Source: an uncultured Gammaproteobacteria bacterium (GTDB taxonomy: Bacteria > Patescibacteriota > Patescibacteriia > Magasanikbacterales > UBA922). From it: a stretch of 64,000 bases of DNA. The DNA lies in contig CAYSPW010000003.1 in NCBI GenBank assembly GCA_964433095.1, positions 7,034 through 71,033 on the forward strand. The letters run 5' to 3'. This document shows, one piece after another, positions 1-10,059 of the stretch (positions are counted from its first letter, which is position 1; every line of letters begins with the position of its first letter). Below the pieces are notes generated by a model that worked only from the letters and a program-made list of their open reading frames with translations, was not told the origin of the DNA and searched no databases. The position numbers and the translations under genes were made by a program.

Positions 1-156
1 TGGATTATACAAAAGATATCAAAGAAAAATACATAATTAGATAAAAGCAAGCATCACGGTTCGGTTTAGAGTTTTTGTAATTTAGACTTCAAACCTAACT
101 TTATAAACATAGGTATACAATAAAAATAGTACTAATTGTGTTTACTATCTAAACAT

Positions 157-1383
157 ATGCAAAATCCTTTTTTAAATGCTTTGACTCAGCTGGAAAAAGC
201 GGCCAAAAAAATTGATCTTGATCCCAATATCCATCAGATTTTAAAATTTGCCGACAGGGTGATTAAGGTTTCAATACCTGTTAAAATGGATGACGGACAG
301 ATAAAGGTTTTTACCGGATACCGGTCGCAATACAATAACATTCTCGGTCCTTACAAAGGCGGAATACGCTATCACCAAAACGTAACCGTGGAGGAGGTGG
401 TTGCGTTGTCTTTTTGGATGATGGTTAAATGCGCTCTTGTGGATATTCCCATGGGCGGGGGCAAAGGAGGGGTGACAGTTGATCCAAAGATGTTGTCGCT
501 TACGGAACTGGAAAAATTGTCGCGTGGGTATATTAAAAAACTATGGATGAATATCGGTTCAGATAAAGACGTGCCGGCTCCGGATGTGTATACCAACGCC
601 GAGATTATGGCCTGGATGCGTGATGAATACGAGAAGATTGTGGGACATAGCGATCCGGGCGTGATTACGGGAAAGCCGATAGACCAAGGCGGTTCTGAAG
701 CAAGGAATTTTTCCACCGCTCAGGGGGGAGCCTATTGCGCCACGCAATTGGTGAAAAAATTGGATTGGAACCCGTTGGAAACCAAAGTGGTGATTCAAGG
801 TTTCGGTAATGCGGGCAGCTTTATGGCAAAGATTTTACATGCCATGGGTTTTAGGATTATAGCGGTAAGCGATTCTCGCGGCGGAGTTTATTCGCGGCAA
901 GGGCTTGATCCGGATCAGTTGATTGATTTTAAAAATAAAACAGGCTCAGTGGCCGGTTTTGAAAGCGGCGAATCGATAGATAATTTGAAGATACTGGAGC
1001 TCAAGTGCGATATTTTGGTCCCCGCCGCCTTAGAAGGTGTAATTACTGAAACAAACGCGCGAAATATTCAAGCCAAGGCCATAATTGAGCTAGCCAATGG
1101 ACCGTCCACGCCGCGGGCGGATCAAATATTGGAACAAAAAAATATTATTGTCGTTCCGGACGTGCTGGCCAATGCCGGCGGCGTGGTTGTAAGTTATTTT
1201 GAGTGGGAACAAAATAAAAAGGAGGAACACTGGAGCGAGTCCCAGGTGTTGAGCAGGCTGGAGAATATTATGACGGCTGCTTTTGATAGTGTTTGGCAGT
1301 ATAAAGAAAAATACGGAGTGGATATGAGAACGGCCGCTTTTATAAAAGCGATAGAAAGAGTGGCTATGAATATTTCCACGTAA
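157..1383 (+). CDS. gdhA: Glutamate dehydrogenase (Glu/Leu/Phe/Val dehydrogenase family)
   Basis: KGGIRYH and PMGGGKGG glycine-rich catalytic motifs; C-terminal dinucleotide-binding GFGNAG. ATG at 157 (MQNPF...) preferred over the upstream TTG at 136 used by the ORF track. Confidence 0.85.
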   Translation: MQNPFLNALTQLEKAAKKIDLDPNIHQILKFADRVIKVSIPVKMDDGQIKVFTGYRSQYNNILGPYKGGIRYHQNVTVEEVVALSFWMMVKCALVDIPMGGGKGGVTVDPKMLSLTELEKLSRGYIKKLWMNIGSDKDVPAPDVYTNAEIMAWMRDEYEKIVGHSDPGVITGKPIDQGGSEARNFSTAQGGAYCATQLVKKLDWNPLETKVVIQGFGNAGSFMAKILHAMGFRIIAVSDSRGGVYSRQGLDPDQLIDFKNKTGSVAGFESGESIDNLKILELKCDILVPAALEGVITETNARNIQAKAIIELANGPSTPRADQILEQKNIIVVPDVLANAGGVVVSYFEWEQNKKEEHWSESQVLSRLENIMTAAFDSVWQYKEKYGVDMRTAAFIKAIERVAMNIST

Positions 1384-1434
1384 TACATCAGGCGCCAAAG
1401 TTAAACAAAAAGTTAATATTTTCGGCGTAAAAGC

Positions 1435-1470
1435 TTGCGTCCGGCGAGTATTTTGGATAACATATATAAT
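1435..1470 (+). promoter_or_regulatory. Putative sigma70-like promoter for leuS (TTGCGT-N17-TAACAT, then TATAAT)
   Basis: -35-like TTGCGT at 1435-1440 and -10-like hexamers 1458-1470, about 25 nt upstream of the leuS ATG. Weak match. Confidence 0.25.
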
Positions 1471-1493
1471 GCTTGAAGTAAGAAAATTAAATT

Positions 1494-4301
1494 ATGAGAG
1501 AATACAAACCTCGCGAGATTGAGAAAAAATGGCAGCACTATTGGGAAGAAAACCAAATTTTTAAAACTCCTACTGAAGCAGAAATTGACAACAAAATGTA
1601 CATACTGCCCCAACTGCCTTACCCATCCGGTTCCGGACTCCATGTCGGCCACGCCGAAGTATACACGGCCTGTGATATTTACGCTCGTTACCAGAGAATG
1701 ATCGGCAAGGATGTACTACAGGTAATCGGCTGGGATTCTTTCGGATTGCCGGCGGAAAACTACGCAATCAAAACAAATATACATCCGCGCGTTAGTACCG
1801 AGCAGGCGATTGATACTTTTAGAGAACAAATTAAGTTATTGGGTGTTTCGGTGGACTGGGACCGGGAAGTAAGCGCTCATCATCCTTCCTTCTATAAATG
1901 GACTCAATGGTTTTTTTTGTTGTTTTACAAGCGTGGGCTGGCTTACAGAAAAAAACAGTCGGTCAATTGGTGCGACGGCTGTAAAACCGTCTTGGCCAAT
2001 GAACAAGTGGTGGATGGACGCTGTGAACGTTGCGAAGCGGTCATCCGGCAAAGAGATATGGAGCAATGGTTTTTGAAAATTACCGCTTATGCCGATCGCT
2101 TGATTGATGATTTGGACAAAGTGGATTGGCCGGCAGAAACAATAAAAAGACAAAAAGATTGGATTGGGCGTTCGCCGGGTGCGTTGGTGAATTTTTACAT
2201 CAATGGAGATCCGGTGGAAGTCTTTAGCACCAGACCGGATACATTGTTCGGCGCCACTTATTTGATTTTGGCACCCGAACATGAATCGGTTCGCTTATTG
2301 AAGGATAAAATAGAAAATTGGAAACAGGTGTCAGAATATATAGAGCGGGCGCGATTAAAAAGCGATTTGGACCGCCAAACCGAAAAAGAAAAGACCGGAG
2401 TGGAATTGCGTGGCATTAAGGCTGATAATCCGGTCAATAACGAAAAAATACCGGTGTATATAGCGGATTATGTTTTATCCGGCTATGGAACCGGCGCCAT
2501 CATGGCCGTTCCCGCTCATGATGAAAGAGATTATGAATTTGCAAAAAAATACGATCTGCCCATAAAGCAGGTGGTGGCCGAGCAGGTTGGCGAAAAAAAA
2601 GAGCAAGGACAGTGTCGGCCCGGTTCTTATGCGGTAATGGAAAAAGATGAAAAGATTTTGGTAATCTATGATAAAAAAACAGATTTTTATCGGCTGCCGG
2701 GCGGCGGATTTGAAGAAGGTGATGATGCCGAGCAGGCTCTGAGAAGAGAGATAGCTGAAGAAACCGGCTATGTTAATTATCATGTGGGAGAGCATTTTAC
2801 CAAACTGGAGAGTTGCGGCTATTCTGATAATAACAAAGCTTACTTGCATAGATTGTTGCATGTTTATCATGTCAAATTGGAAAATGACCAAAGAGATCAA
2901 TCTCTATTGGAAGATGCACAGCGTTGGAGGCTAGAATGGATGACCTATGAACAGGTGGTAGAAGTCTTTGGTAAAGAAACAAGGGAGCTGGAGTTGATTG
3001 CTTTGGTATTGGATAAGATGACGCCATGCTATAGCGGTGAAGGAGTTTGCGTTGATTCCGGCTTTTTAGCCGGACTGCACACCGATGAAGCCAAAGAAAA
3101 AATGGTACGGTGGTTGGAAGAAAATAACTTTGGAAAAAGTCACGTTCAATACAAGCTGCGCGACTGGTCCGTTTCCAGACAGCGCTTTTGGGGAGCGCCC
3201 ATTCCCATGCTCTATGATCAAGAAGGCGAACTTCATCCGGTGCCGGAGGAAGATTTACCCGTGCTTTTACCAACGGATGTTGATTTCAAGCCTACGGGTG
3301 AATCGCCTTTAAACTGTTCGCAAGAATTTCAACAAGGGGTGGAAGAAAAGTACGGCCAAGGTTGGAGCCGGGAACCGGATACTTTGGATACTTTTATGTG
3401 TTCCAGCTGGTATTATTATCGCTATCTTGACCCACATAACGATAAATGTTTCGCCTCGCCCGAGAGCATAAAAACATGGATGCCGGTTGATTTTTATCTG
3501 GGCGGTTCGGAGCATGTTACGGGGCATTTACTCTATTCGCGATTTTTCACCAAAGTACTCTATGATTCCGGATATATTGATTTTGACGAGCCTTTTTTGA
3601 AACATCGCCATCAAGGATTGATTTTGGGAGAAGATAACAGAAAGATGAGCAAGCGCTGGGGCAACGTGATCAATCCGAGTGATGTCGTGAAAGAATTCGG
3701 AGCAGACACTACCAGAATGTACGAAATGTTCATGGGTCCTTTGGAAGACGATAAGCCTTGGGACATGAACGGTGTTAAAGGAGTGAGAAGATTTTTGGAT
3801 AAAGTTTGGAGATTGCAGTCAAAAGTGGCGAATCAATCAAGCGCTAATGATAAGGTATTACACAAAACCATCAAAAAAGTTACCACCGACATTGAGGATA
3901 TGCGTTTCAATACCGCCATTGCGTCCATGATGGAGCTGGTTAATTTCTGGCAGAAGAAGGAACAATTATCTAAGAATGATTTTTCTTTGTTTGTAAAAAT
4001 TCTTTCTCCTTTCGCGCCTCACATATGTGCGGAAATTTGGCAGATTTTGGGCCATGATGAGCAGCCGGCGTTTCAAAGTTGGCCAGCATATGACGCGGAA
4101 TTGATAAAAGAAGACACCATTACTTTGGTGGTACAGATAAACGGCAAAGTGAGGTCAAATCTGTCAGTACCGGCCGACATCGGGGAAGATGAAGCCAGGC
4201 GAGTGGCGCTTGCCGATGAAAAAACGCGCCAATGGCTTGCGGATAAAGAACCGAAAAAAATTATTTACGTAAAAGACAAATTAATCAATATCGTGACGTA
4301 A
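1494..4301 (+). CDS. leuS: Leucyl-tRNA synthetase with an inserted Nudix-like domain
   Basis: Class I HIGH-type motif HVGHAEVY, KMSKR (KMSKS); CP1 editing-domain blocks TRPDTLFGATY and GTGAIMAVPAHDERDYEFA; RDWSVSRQRFWGAPIPM. About 120 extra residues between the editing domain and the RDW block carry a Nudix box. Confidence 0.9.
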   Translation: MREYKPREIEKKWQHYWEENQIFKTPTEAEIDNKMYILPQLPYPSGSGLHVGHAEVYTACDIYARYQRMIGKDVLQVIGWDSFGLPAENYAIKTNIHPRVSTEQAIDTFREQIKLLGVSVDWDREVSAHHPSFYKWTQWFFLLFYKRGLAYRKKQSVNWCDGCKTVLANEQVVDGRCERCEAVIRQRDMEQWFLKITAYADRLIDDLDKVDWPAETIKRQKDWIGRSPGALVNFYINGDPVEVFSTRPDTLFGATYLILAPEHESVRLLKDKIENWKQVSEYIERARLKSDLDRQTEKEKTGVELRGIKADNPVNNEKIPVYIADYVLSGYGTGAIMAVPAHDERDYEFAKKYDLPIKQVVAEQVGEKKEQGQCRPGSYAVMEKDEKILVIYDKKTDFYRLPGGGFEEGDDAEQALRREIAEETGYVNYHVGEHFTKLESCGYSDNNKAYLHRLLHVYHVKLENDQRDQSLLEDAQRWRLEWMTYEQVVEVFGKETRELELIALVLDKMTPCYSGEGVCVDSGFLAGLHTDEAKEKMVRWLEENNFGKSHVQYKLRDWSVSRQRFWGAPIPMLYDQEGELHPVPEEDLPVLLPTDVDFKPTGESPLNCSQEFQQGVEEKYGQGWSREPDTLDTFMCSSWYYYRYLDPHNDKCFASPESIKTWMPVDFYLGGSEHVTGHLLYSRFFTKVLYDSGYIDFDEPFLKHRHQGLILGEDNRKMSKRWGNVINPSDVVKEFGADTTRMYEMFMGPLEDDKPWDMNGVKGVRRFLDKVWRLQSKVANQSSANDKVLHKTIKKVTTDIEDMRFNTAIASMMELVNFWQKKEQLSKNDFSLFVKILSPFAPHICAEIWQILGHDEQPAFQSWPAYDAELIKEDTITLVVQINGKVRSNLSVPADIGEDEARRVALADEKTRQWLADKEPKKIIYVKDKLINIVT

Positions 4302-4304
4302 AAA

Positions 4305-5867
4305 ATGTTTAGATTTTTGCTCCGCTCCAAGAGCCGGCGCTTTTACTGTTATTGCCTGGCATTTCTGAGTGGAATCGCGCTAATATCAATTATCGACCGC
4401 AAGGTCGATTTTTTTATTTTATATCTTTTGTATTTTTTCTTGATCACGGCTATATTGATATTTTGGAATAATGACAAAGTGGTGTTTGTGGTGTTTTGTT
4501 TTCTGGCATTGGTTTCGGGCATCGTCAGATATCTGCTTCCTTTCCCGCCCGAATCGCCGCAGTTTGTGGCAAATTACAACGGACAAAGCAAACAAATCGG
4601 CGGATATATCTGCGCCGAGCCCGATATCAGGCTGGATGGCGCGCGCTACATTCTAAAAGTGGAAAAGCTGGAAGGGGCGGAGAAGATCAAAGGCAAAGTA
4701 TATTTAAAATACGATCTGTACCCGCGCTTTGATTATGGTGATTATCTGCGTGTCAGTTGTTCGCTGCGCCAGCCGGAGATAATTGAATCAATAAACGGCA
4801 GAGATTTTCGCTATGACATGTATTTGGCGCGCTACGGCGTTTTCAGTATTTGCCGTGCCGAACAAGTTAAAAAATATGGCAATAAAGGTAATGTACTGTT
4901 AAAGAAGATCTTTGCTTTGAAAAAGAAAGTGGCGGAAAAAGTAAACAAACTGTGGCATGAGCCACATGCTAGCTTTATGGCCGGCCTGCTTTATGGCTAT
5001 CGCGGCGGTCTGGGTTCCTTGAACGAACTTTTTAATATTACCGGCGTCACTCACATTGTGGCCATATCAGGCTACAATATCAGCATAATCGCGGCCATTT
5101 TCATATCCATTAGCGTCAATTTATATATCCCGAAAAAGAAAGCATTTCCATTGGTGGCTATTGGTATTATCATCTTTGTGGTATTCGCGGGCGCAAGCGC
5201 CTCGGTTATGCGCGCCGGCATAATGGGAATTATGGTGCTGTTTGTCAAGCACCTGGGCACTATCAGCAGGGTTGGAAACGTGATGATTTTAACTTGCGTT
5301 TTAATGTGCCTGTTTAATCCTTTTGTTTTAATATGGGATGCCGGATTTCAGTTGTCTTTTATTTCTACTCTGGGTTTGATATATCTCACGCCTTTGTTGG
5401 AAAGACGGGTTAAGTTTATTCCCGAATTTTTTTCTTTGAGAGAATCGTTTATCAGCACTATCTCGGCGATTATCGCCACTCTGCCTTTGATATTGTTTCA
5501 GTTCGGCCGGCTGTCCCTCGTAGCTCCATTGGTCAATGTCTTGATACTCTGGATTTTGCCGCTGCTTATGGCTTTGGGATTTTTTGCCGTGTTGGCCAGT
5601 TATGTTTTTTTGCCTTTGGCGCAGGTGCTGGCTTGGACAGCCTGGCTCGGCCTCAGCTATATCATTATCATTGTAAAATGGTTCGCGTCACTTAATTACG
5701 CCGCTATAAACATATTGATACCGGCCTACGTTATGATGTTATGCTACGCGGTTATGACATACAGCGTGTACAGAGCTCATAAAAAAGAACAACCATTTTA
5801 TTCCATAATCAGTAAAGAAAAAAGTAGTGAAAAAAAGGATATTAATTATATAAAAAAAGTTAAATAA
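4305..5867 (+). CDS. ComEC/Rec2-family DNA internalisation channel protein (DUF4131 + competence domain), N-terminal gene of a split ComEC
   Basis: Multi-pass membrane protein with an N-terminal OB-like DUF4131 region and the competence-domain pattern typical of ComEC; no MBL domain in this ORF. Confidence 0.65.
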   Translation: MFRFLLRSKSRRFYCYCLAFLSGIALISIIDRKVDFFILYLLYFFLITAILIFWNNDKVVFVVFCFLALVSGIVRYLLPFPPESPQFVANYNGQSKQIGGYICAEPDIRLDGARYILKVEKLEGAEKIKGKVYLKYDLYPRFDYGDYLRVSCSLRQPEIIESINGRDFRYDMYLARYGVFSICRAEQVKKYGNKGNVLLKKIFALKKKVAEKVNKLWHEPHASFMAGLLYGYRGGLGSLNELFNITGVTHIVAISGYNISIIAAIFISISVNLYIPKKKAFPLVAIGIIIFVVFAGASASVMRAGIMGIMVLFVKHLGTISRVGNVMILTCVLMCLFNPFVLIWDAGFQLSFISTLGLIYLTPLLERRVKFIPEFFSLRESFISTISAIIATLPLILFQFGRLSLVAPLVNVLILWILPLLMALGFFAVLASYVFLPLAQVLAWTAWLGLSYIIIIVKWFASLNYAAINILIPAYVMMLCYAVMTYSVYRAHKKEQPFYSIISKEKSSEKKDINYIKKVK

Positions 5868-5878
5868 AAAAGTATTTT

Positions 5879-6817
5879 ATGAAGAATATAGACAAGGTGA
5901 TGTTGTTGCTATTTGCGTTGTTGTTATGCGTGGTGGGAATGGTATTTTGGCTGAAAAAGGATGAAAGCGGATTAAGCCCGGACGCGAGCGGATTAATGAT
6001 AAATCCAGAAGAAGAAAACGTTCAATACATACGCGTTACTTTTCTGGATGTGGGTCAAGGTGATGCTACGTTTATAGAATTCACCAATGGCGAACAAATG
6101 CTGGTGGATTGCGCCATAGATGCCAGAATCATTGAGGCTTTGGGCAGGGTGATGCCGTATTACGACCATGATCTGGATTATCTGCTGATCACTCATCCGG
6201 ATAGCGATCATTACGGCGGTTGCGCCGAGGTGTTGGAGCGATTTGAAGTTAAAAATATTATCTATAGCGGCGTGCAAAAAAGCGATGATGGTTGGCAGGA
6301 TTTGTGGTCCAAAGTAGAAATGGAGCCGGCCGATTATTACCAGATCGATGCCGAAGATTTTTGGCGGATAAGCAGCTCAACAATTCATTTTTTGTATCCT
6401 GATCATTCTTTGGTGAAAAATCCGAATATTTTGAGCATTGAAAAAGAAGTAAGCGCCAATAATATGTCAGTGATATTTAAGCTCAGTTTTGGAGAAAATA
6501 ATCTGTTGATGATGGGCGACGCGGAGGAGGAGTTGGAGGAATATTTACTGGCCACTTACGCGGATCAGTTGGACGCGGAAATACTGAAAGTGGCACATCA
6601 TGGATCAGGCAGCTCTTCCATTGTTGATTTTTTAAATGTGGTTTCACCTGATTATGCTGTGATTTCTTGCGGATTTGATAATCGGTTCGGACATCCTTCA
6701 AGACGGGTACTCAAAAGGCTGGAAAGAGCCGGGTCGGAGATTTGGAGGACTGATCTAAAAGGTGATATAATAGCAACGATATACTTAAATAAGGTGATTG
6801 TTGAATACAAAAAATAA
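5879..6817 (+). CDS. ComEC-type metallo-beta-lactamase domain protein (separate gene)
   Basis: N-terminal TM helix, then MBL-fold motifs HPDSDHYGG, GDAEEE, VAHHGS, as in the ComEC C-terminal nuclease domain. Confidence 0.7.
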   Translation: MKNIDKVMLLLFALLLCVVGMVFWLKKDESGLSPDASGLMINPEEENVQYIRVTFLDVGQGDATFIEFTNGEQMLVDCAIDARIIEALGRVMPYYDHDLDYLLITHPDSDHYGGCAEVLERFEVKNIIYSGVQKSDDGWQDLWSKVEMEPADYYQIDAEDFWRISSSTIHFLYPDHSLVKNPNILSIEKEVSANNMSVIFKLSFGENNLLMMGDAEEELEEYLLATYADQLDAEILKVAHHGSGSSSIVDFLNVVSPDYAVISCGFDNRFGHPSRRVLKRLERAGSEIWRTDLKGDIIATIYLNKVIVEYKK

Positions 6818-7577
6818 AATTTGCTCCGTAATTTTAATATCGGTTTTTATTCCGCTATGTTTTGTGTCAGCCGTTGAAGATCCGCTTGATAGTGATAGCG
6901 ACGGCTTAAGCGATGAATTGGAAAAATATTATTATACCGATCCGTTCAATTCTGATACGGATAATGACGGTTATTTGGACGGAGAAGAGGTGGTTGGGGA
7001 TTACTCGCCGCATTTGGGGAATAAAAAAAGACTGCATGAAGGCGATTATGACGGCGATGGCTTGAACGATTGGCTGGAGCGCTGGTTTGGTTCTGATCTG
7101 GGCGTAACAGACAGTGATGGGGATGGGGTGGAGGATTTGGATGAGGTTCTATCCGGTTCCAGTCCGGCTAAATTTGGCACCAGTACCGAGTTTGAGCGTC
7201 ATGTTGTGGTAGATCGTAGTTGGCAGCGTTTGTATTATTATGTGGACGGAGTAAAGATAAAAAATTTTCCGGTTTCCACCGGAATTCCCTATCTGGAAAC
7301 TCCGGGGGGTGAATTCAGCGTGACCGGTAAAATTCCGGTAAAGCGTTATGTCGGGTCGGATTATGATTTGCCCAATGTGTGGTGGAATCTGGAATTTTTT
7401 CCCATGTACTATATCCACGCCGCTTATTGGCATAACAATTTTGGCATGAGAACAGAATCTCATGGCTGCGTAAACATGCGTTTCAAGGACGCGGAACTGC
7501 TTTATCGCCATATTGATGTCGGAGTGCCTATCACCGTTACCGGTACCACACCGAGCCGTTTTTATGTCGGCACTTAA
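6798..7577 (+). CDS. L,D-transpeptidase (YkuD domain) with N-terminal calcium-binding DxDxDG repeats
   Basis: Catalytic ESHGCVNM (HGC) motif of YkuD L,D-transpeptidases; four thrombospondin-type-3-like D-x-D-x-D-G repeats (DSDSDGLSD, DTDNDGYLD, DYDGDGLND, DSDGDGVED); signal peptide. Confidence 0.75.
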   Translation: MLNTKNKICSVILISVFIPLCFVSAVEDPLDSDSDGLSDELEKYYYTDPFNSDTDNDGYLDGEEVVGDYSPHLGNKKRLHEGDYDGDGLNDWLERWFGSDLGVTDSDGDGVEDLDEVLSGSSPAKFGTSTEFERHVVVDRSWQRLYYYVDGVKIKNFPVSTGIPYLETPGGEFSVTGKIPVKRYVGSDYDLPNVWWNLEFFPMYYIHAAYWHNNFGMRTESHGCVNMRFKDAELLYRHIDVGVPITVTGTTPSRFYVGT

Positions 7578-7612
7578 GTATTTAATAAACAATAATTTTT
7601 AACGTATTTATT

Positions 7613-7951
7613 ATGCTTATTCTGTTGCGTTGGTTAATTAACACTATCACCTTATTGATTCTGGCGTTTTATTTGCCCGGGATTGAAGTGAGCGGTTTTT
7701 ACGCCGCCCTGATTACCGCTTTGGTACTCGGTTTGATCAATGCTCTTATCAGGCCGTTGATTATTCTGTTGACTTTGCCCATTAATATTCTCACCTTGGG
7801 TTTGTTTACCTTGGTGCTTAACGCCCTTTTGTTTTGGTTTGTCTCAACGATCGTGGAAGGGTTTGTGGTGGCCGGCTTTTGGCCAGCATTTTGGGGGGCG
7901 TTGATTTTGAGCATGGTGAGCTGGATTATCGGAGCTTTAATTAAGGATTGA
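7613..7951 (+). CDS. DUF360/YvlD-like small membrane protein (phage holin family IV-like)
   Basis: 112 aa, 3-4 TM helices; GxxxALIxALVLGLINALIRP followed by LTLPINILTLGLF resembles the YvlD/DUF360 family. Confidence 0.5.
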   Translation: MLILLRWLINTITLLILAFYLPGIEVSGFYAALITALVLGLINALIRPLIILLTLPINILTLGLFTLVLNALLFWFVSTIVEGFVVAGFWPAFWGALILSMVSWIIGALIKD

Positions 7952-8649
7952 GCATTATGAAAAGAGCAAACAAGATAATTTCGGTCGGGGGATCGATCAT
8001 AGTTCCGCGAACCGGTTTTGATGTAAAATTTTTAAAACGGTTCAGAAGATTGATTCTAGATCAAATAAAGAAAGGTACCCGGTTTGTATTGGTGGTCGGA
8101 GGTGGAGCCACGGCGCGTGAATACCAGCGGGCGGCCGGCGCGGTAACAAAGATGTCAAATGATGAACTGGATTGGATTGGAATTCATTGCACGGTTTTGA
8201 ATGCTCAATTTGTCAAACACATCTTCAAGAATTATGCGTATAAAGAAGTGGTTACCGATCCCAGGTTCAAGGTAAAAACCGATAAATATATTGTTGTGGC
8301 CTCAGGCTGGAAGCCCGGTTGTTCCACAGATAAAGACGCGGTTTTGTTGGCCGACGCGTATGGAGCCAAAGAGTTGATTAACCTGTCAAATATTGAGTAT
8401 GTATATGACAAAGATCCGAATAAGTATAAGCAGGCCAAGAAAATAGAACGGCTGGACTGGAAGACTTTCAGACGGGATATCGTGGGATATAAATGGGAGG
8501 CGGGATCCAATAAGCCTTTTGATCCGATAGCGTCAAAATTAGCCGAACAGATGGATTTGACCGTTAATATTGTTAAAGGAACCAATTTACGACAGGTGGA
8601 AAAAGTACTTACCGGACAAAAATTTAAAGGCACCGTTATCTCGGATTAA
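7948..8649 (+). CDS. pyrH: UMP kinase, archaeal type (amino-acid kinase family)
   Basis: ISVGGSII, VLVVGGGATAREY, GWKPGCSTDKDAVLLADAYGA, NIEYVYDKDPNK match archaeal-type uridylate kinases block for block. Confidence 0.7.
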   Translation: MSIMKRANKIISVGGSIIVPRTGFDVKFLKRFRRLILDQIKKGTRFVLVVGGGATAREYQRAAGAVTKMSNDELDWIGIHCTVLNAQFVKHIFKNYAYKEVVTDPRFKVKTDKYIVVASGWKPGCSTDKDAVLLADAYGAKELINLSNIEYVYDKDPNKYKQAKKIERLDWKTFRRDIVGYKWEAGSNKPFDPIASKLAEQMDLTVNIVKGTNLRQVEKVLTGQKFKGTVISD

Positions 8650-8733
8650 AAATCTTTAATTCAAGTTGTCTTTTAGTTTGATAATTTTTGTATTGGACAA
8701 ATTTTACTTGTTTGTGTAGAGTAAAAATTATCT

Positions 8734-9267
8734 ATGAAGCCGAAAATACTTTTACATGTATGTTGCGGGCCATGTTCGATAGCCATATTCAAAGAACTGC
8801 TGCGAAGTTTTGATCTTGTGGCTTATTTTTACAATCCAAACATACATCCGGAAAAAGAGTATGTAAAAAGGAAATCAGAGGTGGTAAAGCTTTGCCGTGA
8901 ATTGAAAATACGTTTTGTGGAAGAAGTATATAATCCAGAAGCCTGGTTTTTGAGAACGGAAAAATATATCAATGAACCGGAAGGTGGTCGGCGCTGCTTG
9001 ATTTGTTTTAAAATCAGGCTGGGACGGGCCGCTAATTATGCGGCGAAAAATGACTTTGATTTTTTCGCCACCAGCTTAACCGGCGGTAGAAATAAAGACG
9101 CCGCGGTAATCAACCCCATCGGCATTGAATGCGGAAAAATACATGGGATTGAGTTTTTCCAAGAGGATTGGAAGAAAAAAGGCCGACAGCAACACGCCGA
9201 CAGGCTGGTGCGAGAAAGGAGGGTTTATCGCCAGAATTATTGCGGCTGTATTTATTCCAAAAAGTAA
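8734..9267 (+). CDS. queH: Epoxyqueuosine reductase QueH (DUF208)
   Basis: LLHVCCGPCS and FYNPNIHP signature motifs; additional conserved Cys pairs (CLICF, CGC) near the middle and C-terminus. Confidence 0.75.
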   Translation: MKPKILLHVCCGPCSIAIFKELLRSFDLVAYFYNPNIHPEKEYVKRKSEVVKLCRELKIRFVEEVYNPEAWFLRTEKYINEPEGGRRCLICFKIRLGRAANYAAKNDFDFFATSLTGGRNKDAAVINPIGIECGKIHGIEFFQEDWKKKGRQQHADRLVRERRVYRQNYCGCIYSKK

Positions 9268-9274
9268 TTTTTGT

Positions 9275-9829
9275 TTATTCTTCAACATCAACGATTTCCA
9301 AATCCAAAATTCTCACTCCGAAATTTTTTGCTTTTGCTCTGTCAGTGAGCCATACATCAATTCTATTTTTTCCGTATCTGGGATTCATTCGATCCCGCAC
9401 GGTTAAAATTTCCTCGCCAAATAATTCCGGTATTCTTACCTTGGTATTGAGCGGCAAAAAATTCGCTGCGATAACGTTTTCTCTGTTGTACTTGCACAAG
9501 TTATACCCGTTGGCGGTAATGCATGGAGTGGAGTCCGTCTGGTCAACGGTACTGGAGTAGGCGGTGGCAATCACTTTTTGATTATGCAGGACGTTAACCT
9601 TGATTTTTGTCTTCTCCTGATGCGGAATAACAACACTAAAAAGCCATAGAAAAATAAGCAAGCCCGAGATAAACAACAATCGGCTTACTGTGGGCAATAA
9701 TATTTTTTCGGTCCAGTGTTGTTTTTTTCTCGCGCTAATTTTTCTTTTTTTGTTTTTTTCCGGCATTGTTTTTTTACGTGTTTTTTTTACATAACCACTC
9801 TTTTTTTTGCTTTTGTTTTTTTTCGCCAT
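9275..9829 (-). CDS. 3D-domain protein (MltA/YuiC-like) with Lys-rich N-terminus and TM anchor
   Basis: TAYSSTVDQTDSTPCITANG, RDRMNPRYGKNRIDVWL and AKAKNFG match the three-Asp 3D domain; highly basic N-terminal 45 aa. Confidence 0.65.
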   Translation of the reverse strand: MAKKNKSKKKSGYVKKTRKKTMPEKNKKRKISARKKQHWTEKILLPTVSRLLFISGLLIFLWLFSVVIPHQEKTKIKVNVLHNQKVIATAYSSTVDQTDSTPCITANGYNLCKYNRENVIAANFLPLNTKVRIPELFGEEILTVRDRMNPRYGKNRIDVWLTDRAKAKNFGVRILDLEIVDVEE

Positions 9830-10059
9830 ATTTGTGGATTATACTATTATTATACTAAATTATTGACACAAAAAAAAGCGCCTTTTTTTATTAAAAAGCG
9901 TCGTAGTTGATGATTGTCCGAAAACCGCGTCATTCACGCGGTATGGATCAGATTTTGCCCACATCGCCCAGCTGTAACCTTCTTCCAGATAACCAAGCTT
10001 AATTACGAAAGCCAGTCCTGTCAGTCACTTCTCTGATAAGTTTTCCAATGGAACCGATA

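Noticed and set aside
1836-2900. Antisense ORFs (148 aa and 141 aa) inside leuS
   Set aside because: Fully contained in the opposite strand of a strongly supported LeuRS reading frame; no motifs; typical shadow ORFs.
7149-7592. 147-aa minus-strand ORF overlapping the L,D-transpeptidase gene
   Set aside because: Overlaps the well-supported ldt frame (HGC catalytic motif); no start context or motifs.
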